A stretch of DNA of 29,559 nt from a virus (lineage: Duplodnaviria > Caudoviricetes), in the IMG/VR virus record IMGVR_UViG_3300042528_000247, positions 1-29,559 of that record, one strand, 5' to 3'. Every line of letters begins with the position of its first letter. Within the stretch, counting starts at the first letter, position 1. This document shows positions 25,426 through 29,559 of this stretch, piece by piece. A program made the position numbers and the translations under genes. The notes beneath the pieces are model-generated. The model ran no database searches, had not been told where the DNA came from, and worked only from the letters and a program-made list of their open reading frames with translations.

Positions 25426-25724
25426 ACTGCGCGCCACACGGTTGCCTTCTTGCCGCTATCGTTCGTCCGCGTCTCTCCCGTGTCGGCAATCTTGCCAAGC
25501 GCGAGCAATTCAGTCAGGCGAGGTCGGATTGACAAAAGCGACTTGCCAACTTCCGCCGCGCACTCGTCAGCGGTCAGGTCTTCATGAAACAGAACGTCTA
25601 GCACCTTTTGCCGCAACGTGGGCGCTTTCTCGCGCATCGAATCAGCAGCCGCCTTGGATGTGCCGCCGCGCTTGTAGCCGGGGGCGCTAGGGTATCGCGC
25701 AAAGTCTAGTTCGGGATGGTTCAT
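25422..25724 (-). CDS. winged-helix DNA-binding protein
   Basis: 'TSKAAA...LRQKVLDVL...LTADECAAEVG...IRPRLTEL...G.I.DTG..R...SGK.A.VW'. Confidence 0.8.
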   Translation of the reverse strand: MNHPELDFARYPSAPGYKRGGTSKAAADSMREKAPTLRQKVLDVLFHEDLTADECAAEVGKSLLSIRPRLTELLALGKIADTGETRTNDSGKKATVWRAV

Positions 25725-25897
25725 TTGGTTTTCTTGTTCGCGGGCTGTTGAATCGTGCTAAAATCTACTTTCGCCATTCCGCGTTTTTCGAGGAAGTTGT
25801 CTAGTGCGATGTTCACCGCAACCGTCCCGCACTTGCGGTCAAATCGAGGATGCCCGCCTAGTCCGCTTTCGATGTATTCAGTGCCGTTGCGTTTCAT
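25721..25897 (-). CDS. hypothetical protein (58 aa)
   Basis: ATGA-coupled on both sides; AGGAG upstream. Confidence 0.65.
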   Translation of the reverse strand: MKRNGTEYIESGLGGHPRFDRKCGTVAVNIALDNFLEKRGMAKVDFSTIQQPANKKTK

Positions 25898-26061
25898 TTG
25901 ATTCTCCTTTCCCATCTGTCTTTCCTCGCGCCTTTGTTTCCAAAGATTGCATCGAGGAAATAGTTGTCAGTCTCTTTGCGCTTGCGTCCCGCCGTGCGGT
26001 GAGACGCTGCGCTGCCTGTGGTTCTCTCTTGGCGTGGTTTGGCTGGTTTTAGGATGCTCAT
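25894..26061 (-). CDS. basic hypothetical protein (55 aa)
   Basis: Hand-translated MSILKPAKPRQERTTGS...WERRIK*; A/C-rich leader; ATGA overlap. Confidence 0.65.
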   Translation of the reverse strand: MSILKPAKPRQERTTGSAASHRTAGRKRKETDNYFLDAIFGNKGARKDRWERRIK

Positions 26062-26089
26062 GGTGTTTTATTTGAAAGATTCCCGCCGC

Positions 26090-26686
26090 TTATAAAAGCG
26101 CGGGTTGTGCGATTTGCCTATTCCATTCCGGCAATGGTTTCGCGTGTTTCCTGCTATTGCAAGGCTGGCAAGAAATACAGAGATTTTCTATGCTATGCGC
26201 TCCGCCCCTTGCGAGCGGCTGAATGTGATCCATGTGAGCCTTATTTCCCGCTACGCGCTTATTACACCAGTAACACTTTACGCGCTTGGCGGCTCTCCAT
26301 TGCTTTTCCCATACGTAAATCGCCCTCGGATCAACTATGGTCGCGGCGACTTTTCTTGCACGCCTTATATGCCTATTTGCGCTTTGTGTGGCACGCCCAG
26401 ATGAAGTATGTCGGTATTTTCTGTAGTAAGCCGCTCTTTTATCACGATTAAGAAATAGGTATAATGCAGAGCCTTCCTTAATTTTTTGCTTATTAAGCTC
26501 TTTGTATTTTCTATCGCTTTCTTTTTTGCGAGCCTTATTTCTTGCTCGATAGTCAGCGTTCCATGCTTTTATTGCGTCTTTATTCTTGGCTCTGTATTCC
26601 TTCTTGTATGCATTCTTTCTGGCCCTCTGCTCAGTTGTAAAAACTCGCTTTTTCTTTTCTATGGGCTGATTTTCGCTAGTAATCAT
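26090..26686 (-). CDS. HNH endonuclease
   Basis: CYWC...HMDHIQPLARGGAHSIENLCISCQPCNSRK, with a basic helical N-terminus. Confidence 0.92.
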   Translation of the reverse strand: MITSENQPIEKKKRVFTTEQRARKNAYKKEYRAKNKDAIKAWNADYRARNKARKKESDRKYKELNKQKIKEGSALYLFLNRDKRAAYYRKYRHTSSGRATQSANRHIRRARKVAATIVDPRAIYVWEKQWRAAKRVKCYWCNKRVAGNKAHMDHIQPLARGGAHSIENLCISCQPCNSRKHAKPLPEWNRQIAQPALL

Positions 26687-26808
26687 TTTGCTCCCTTCCG
26701 CTTTGCGGCAAGCGCAGCACGAGCCTTCACAATGCTCTTTCCAAGCGCGGCCTTGCGCTTCTCGGTCATCGTCTTGCCTCCCTTGGAACTGAATTGCTTG
26801 TGTGTCAT
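26683..26808 (-). CDS. small basic protein (41 aa, KGG-like)
   Basis: Hand-translated MTHKQFSSKGGKTMTEKRKAALGKSIVKARAALAAKRKGAK*; ATGA-coupled to the HNH gene. Confidence 0.7.
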   Translation of the reverse strand: MTHKQFSSKGGKTMTEKRKAALGKSIVKARAALAAKRKGAK

Positions 26809-26815
26809 TTACGCC

Positions 26816-26843
26816 AATTTATTGAAAGCGGCTTCAATGTCAA
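26816..26843 (-). promoter_or_regulatory. sigma70-like promoter with palindromic spacer
   Basis: TTGACA-N16-TAAATT, 7 nt before the ATG at 26808; ATTGAA-N6-TTCAAT inverted repeat (26821-26838). Confidence 0.65.
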
Positions 26844-26862
26844 TAATCTATTCTATAAAAAA

Positions 26863-26984
26863 TTCCGCGCCGCCGATACGCTCGCCCGTGTTCACAGACG
26901 CTACACTGCGCACCGCTTCGCCCCTTTCAATGTCCATCGAAAATTTCCAATGGCAGGACTCGGCAAGTGGATGCACGGCGGGAA
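26863..26984 (-). ncRNA. putative structured intergenic RNA or terminator region
   Basis: TTCC/GGAA closure, TGCCGA/TCGGCG stem, CCATTG/CGATGG and CGTCTGT/ACGGGCG hairpins, then a T-rich tail. Confidence 0.4.
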
Positions 26985-26994
26985 AGTGGTTAGG

Positions 26995-27561
26995 TTACGC
27001 AAAGAGTGAAGCCGCCGCGCCTAGTCCGGCGATGAACGGGGCAAATGGAATAGCAAATGGGATGTCGTCCGGTGCAACGTCAAGGTCGGCATCTTTCGGC
27101 GGTTTCGGCGCAGACTTTGGCGCGGATTTCGGCGCGTCCTTTGCCTCTTCTTGTGTCGCCGCGTGCCTCGATTCCGATTGCAGAGAAACATAATCCTTCA
27201 CCACGTTCTTTGCGGCAAAGTTCCCGTTCGCAGGATCAATCCCGATTTTCACAAATAGCTCTTTGCCTTCGCAATCGTCGGCTGAAAGCGTTCCAGCCTC
27301 GTATTTATCCATGTTCCCCGTTGCCTCCGCGAAGTGAAACAGTTTGTGCGCCATTGCTTCCATGAGGTAGTCGGTCACGATTCGATGCGAGCCGTCATCG
27401 GAATACACCTTGAGCTTTATTTCAATCATTTCGTTCCCGCTTTTCGACGTTTTATCAACGGCTGATTCTACGGTTGCGGGATACGGTTCTTTGCGCGCTG
27501 GCAATAAAAGCCGCTCGTTTTCCTGTTGAAGTTCCTTTACTGTTTTTGGAGTGAATTGCAT
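26995..27561 (-). CDS. DUF669-like single-stranded DNA-binding protein
   Basis: 'LLP...Y.ATV', 'TSKSGNEMIEIKL', 'KNVVKDY', low-complexity linker and DDIPF; follows the Sak4-like gene. Confidence 0.8.
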   Translation of the reverse strand: MQFTPKTVKELQQENERLLLPARKEPYPATVESAVDKTSKSGNEMIEIKLKVYSDDGSHRIVTDYLMEAMAHKLFHFAEATGNMDKYEAGTLSADDCEGKELFVKIGIDPANGNFAAKNVVKDYVSLQSESRHAATQEEAKDAPKSAPKSAPKPPKDADLDVAPDDIPFAIPFAPFIAGLGAAASLFA

Positions 27562-27578
27562 GGTTGTTTTTGGTTAGT

Positions 27579-28460
27579 TTAGTTGGTGATTTTCTTGTTG
27601 AGCCAAGCGAGCGTCTTTGCCGCTTGATCTTCGTTCAGTTCTGAAATGCTTTCGGCATTAGCCTTCGTGAGTAGTTTTTCAAACTCGCCCTCCGCGAGCT
27701 TCACCACGTCCAAGAGGCGCGTGATTTCCGCTACCTGCTCCGCGCTGGCGAGCACGATAGGCTTGCTCTCGGCTTCAATGAAGTCCTTGCCGTAGCGCGA
27801 TGCGAAGTCAGCGTATTCAAGCGGGAATGTATCGGACTCTGGAAATCCAATGAGGCGAGACTTACGAACGATTGCGACACGTTGCGGCCCGCGCTTTTGA
27901 AGGTGCAATGTCAAATCCAACTCGTAAATGAGCTTGTCGAAAATGTCCGGCAGCTTGCCGATTTCTTCGCGCTGCCCGCTCTTTGGATTCAGCCCCCATT
28001 CGTTTGTTTCGTGGGCGACAAAAAGCACGTTCATATCTAGGCGCATTGCCCATGAAATCATCCGGCGCATATTGGCGACGGCTGGTTTCTTGGATGCTCC
28101 AAAGGCGTCTTTATCACCAAGGCGCTCCGCTTCGTTTGCGATGCACGTTTGATATAGCTTCGTGACGCTATCAATGATGAGCGTGCGGTAGTCGTGCTTT
28201 TCCGTGGCGAGCGCCTGCATCTGTCCGATCACCGTGTCAAAGTCTAAGGTGCCTTCATTTGGCCCCATATAGACGCCGCCAGCGTTCGCCAGCCGCTTTT
28301 GATAGTGCGCGAGGTCTGCGCCTCCCTCCGTGTCAATGTAGTAGGGCTTGGGGAAGGACAGTGCAAACCATGTTTTCCCGACGCCGCTAGGCCCGAAGAG
28401 AAGTTGTTTGATGTGTCCGGGCGGTGTTTCGCCGGGTGTTTTTGCTTTAAGTTTTGTCAT
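27579..28460 (-). CDS. AAA_24 / Sak4-like ATPase (recombination)
   Basis: Walker A GPSGVGKT, 'IDTEGG', Walker B 'LIIDSVT', 'FVAHE' and 'KSR'. Confidence 0.88.
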   Translation of the reverse strand: MTKLKAKTPGETPPGHIKQLLFGPSGVGKTWFALSFPKPYYIDTEGGADLAHYQKRLANAGGVYMGPNEGTLDFDTVIGQMQALATEKHDYRTLIIDSVTKLYQTCIANEAERLGDKDAFGASKKPAVANMRRMISWAMRLDMNVLFVAHETNEWGLNPKSGQREEIGKLPDIFDKLIYELDLTLHLQKRGPQRVAIVRKSRLIGFPESDTFPLEYADFASRYGKDFIEAESKPIVLASAEQVAEITRLLDVVKLAEGEFEKLLTKANAESISELNEDQAAKTLAWLNKKITN

Positions 28461-28472
28461 TGGTATTCTTTG

Positions 28473-28676
28473 TTATTGGTTTGTTTGTTCAGGGGTGAAA
28501 GGTTTCGGCTCATCATCGGCGCGAAGTAGTTCCGCATTGTCAAAGCACGCTTTCATTGACACGCGGCCAAGGGTGAACGCGGTGATGAAGTCTGCGCGAG
28601 TTGTAGTCTGACGCCTTTCGTATGGAATCGCGCCCCATACTTCGAGTGCGGCTTTTTCGTGGTTATTTTCGCTCAT
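28473..28676 (-). CDS. hypothetical protein (67 aa)
   Basis: MSENNHEKAALE...; strong A/C-rich leader (CACCAAACCAAACCA-ATG). Confidence 0.65.
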   Translation of the reverse strand: MSENNHEKAALEVWGAIPYERRQTTTRADFITAFTLGRVSMKACFDNAELLRADDEPKPFTPEQTNQ

Positions 28677-28717
28677 TGGTTTGGTTTGGTGTTTTGTTAG
28701 TTCATTTGTTAAAGCAA

Positions 28718-28820
28718 GGAGCGCGGCGAGAATCGAACTCGCAAAGAAGCCGGTGTAATTATCCGTCCCGAAGCCATACCGTTTGGCTTTGCTGTAACGG
28801 CGTATTGTTTCCACGCGCTC
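28718..28820 (-). ncRNA. tRNA-like element (pseudo-tRNA or tRNA mimic), 103 nt
   Basis: Perfect 7-bp acceptor GAGCGCG/CGCGCTC and perfect T arm GCGAG-TTCGATT-CTCGC in canonical register; no canonical D or anticodon arm, no CCA. Confidence 0.7.
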
Positions 28821-28826
28821 ATATTA

Positions 28827-28964
28827 TTAAATCAAGCTGGCAAAAGCGAGTGCCGCGATAATCAGCGCGATGACAAAGCAAAGCGCAGAGCGGTGGAATT
28901 GCGAGGCACGCCATGAGGCTAGGTTGTCGGCGGCTTCTTCGTGTAGTTCTTCGATGGTTTTCAT
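28827..28964 (-). CDS. small membrane protein (45 aa)
   Basis: Hand-translated MKTIEELHEEAADNLASWRASQFHRSALCFVIALIIAALAFASLI*; ATGA overlap. Confidence 0.7.
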   Translation of the reverse strand: MKTIEELHEEAADNLASWRASQFHRSALCFVIALIIAALAFASLI

Positions 28965-29206
28965 TTGGATTTTGATAGCTTTGCGACCGCGTCACGATAC
29001 TGGCGCACCCTCGCCGTGGTGATTGTTGCCTTGCCGGATTCCATCAGCGAAACGTAGCCGTGGGAGACGCGAAGGGCGGTCTTTACGGCGGTCAGCGAAA
29101 GGCCAGCGTCTTTGCGGAGTTTCTTTAGCCGCTTGCCAATCGTGGCAGGGTTTGGCACTAGGCCGGAGCCTAAGCATTTTGAGCATTTTATGTTGTCGGG
29201 TTTCAT
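28961..29206 (-). CDS. Cro/XRE-like HTH regulator with N-terminal CxxCxGxG
   Basis: 'CSKCLGSG', then 'LKKLRKDAGLSLTAV...VSHGYVSLMESGK'. Confidence 0.85.
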   Translation of the reverse strand: MKPDNIKCSKCLGSGLVPNPATIGKRLKKLRKDAGLSLTAVKTALRVSHGYVSLMESGKATITTARVRQYRDAVAKLSKSK

Positions 29207-29230
29207 TCGTGATTTGATTGACTGTTTGAA

Positions 29231-29258
29231 GTTGTAGCTAGTTACTAAAAGGTTGCAA
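29231..29258 (-). promoter_or_regulatory. putative early promoter
   Basis: TTGCAA-N16-TACAAC upstream of the HTH gene; shares CTAGC-TAYAAC with the 15880 promoter. Confidence 0.55.
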
Positions 29259-29281
29259 GGAAAAAGTGAAAGAATCTGATT

Positions 29282-29557
29282 TTACCTACGGCGCGAGAGG
29301 TTCAACTTCACGGCCTCATTGCCAAAAAGAAGGAGCGATTCAAGCTGCTCGCGGCTTTTGTCGGCGTATTCATCGCGCACTGGCAAAAGGCTATCGCCGT
29401 CAAGTTCCCGCCAATCGGGTTTCGCGGGCTTAGTCTTTGGTTTCTGGACTGGACGCGCTGGCGGGGGCGTAGCGTTCGCGGATTGACCGCAAGATAGGCC
29501 GACGACATAGCCAAAATACCAGTTGGCGGCGGATGATGTGACGATGAGGATGCAGAG
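29282..29557 (-). CDS. 5'-truncated membrane-anchored hypothetical protein
   Basis: Hand-translated LCILIVTSSAANWYFGYVVG...PPPARPVQKPK...LSRRR*; frame is open to the window edge. Confidence 0.6.
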   Translation of the reverse strand, partial: LCILIVTSSAANWYFGYVVGLSCGQSANATPPPARPVQKPKTKPAKPDWRELDGDSLLPVRDEYADKSREQLESLLLFGNEAVKLNLSRRR

Positions 29558-29559
29558 TA

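Noticed and set aside
28677-28814. N-terminal extension of ORF 28473-28814 from GTG
   Set aside because: Overlaps the tRNA-like element; the ATG at 28676 has the typical A/C-rich leader.
28718-28820. Calling this a functional tRNA gene
   Set aside because: No canonical D arm or anticodon loop, too long, and no encoded CCA.
29308-29514. 68-aa - strand ORF from the track
   Set aside because: An overlapping frame (29557-29282) is open to the window edge and looks more protein-like.
1-29559. Integrase, att site or genome termini
   Set aside because: None seen; both ends are inside genes, so lifestyle and completeness cannot be determined.

Overview
The window is a large part of a tailed dsDNA phage or prophage genome with lambda-like siphovirus organisation. 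No integrase, CRISPR array, rRNA or canonical tRNA is visible, and both ends cut through genes. The + strand (1-20414) is the virion and lysis arm: terminase small and large (lambda gpA-type), gpW-like adaptor, lambda-type portal with a ~390-aa C-terminal extension, HTH, protease/scaffold, decoration protein, major capsid, a GT-A glycosyltransferase, connectors, tail tube, chaperone, short tape measure, tail tip proteins, a 1007-aa fibre, holin-like proteins and an M15 peptidase endolysin. The - strand (20399-29559) is the early/replication arm: Zn-finger-HTH regulator, Sak4/AAA_24-like ATPase, DUF669-like SSB, HNH, wHTH, RusA-like resolvase, DUF1376-type initiator with internal iterons and (GGAGAC)16, DnaC-like loader and C5 DNA methyltransferase. 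The most notable observations are: (1) two enzymes appear split between overlapping reading frames, a RusA-like resolvase whose halves could be joined by an in-frame A_AAA_AAG -1 slippery site and a C5-MTase whose motif IX lies in a full-length +1 frame; (2) a modular portal extension with candidate protease sites; (3) a tRNA-like 103-nt element plus other structured intergenic RNAs; (4) a gene bracketed by a 17-bp duplication of the terL 3' end. All family assignments come from motif recognition and gene order, not from database searches.
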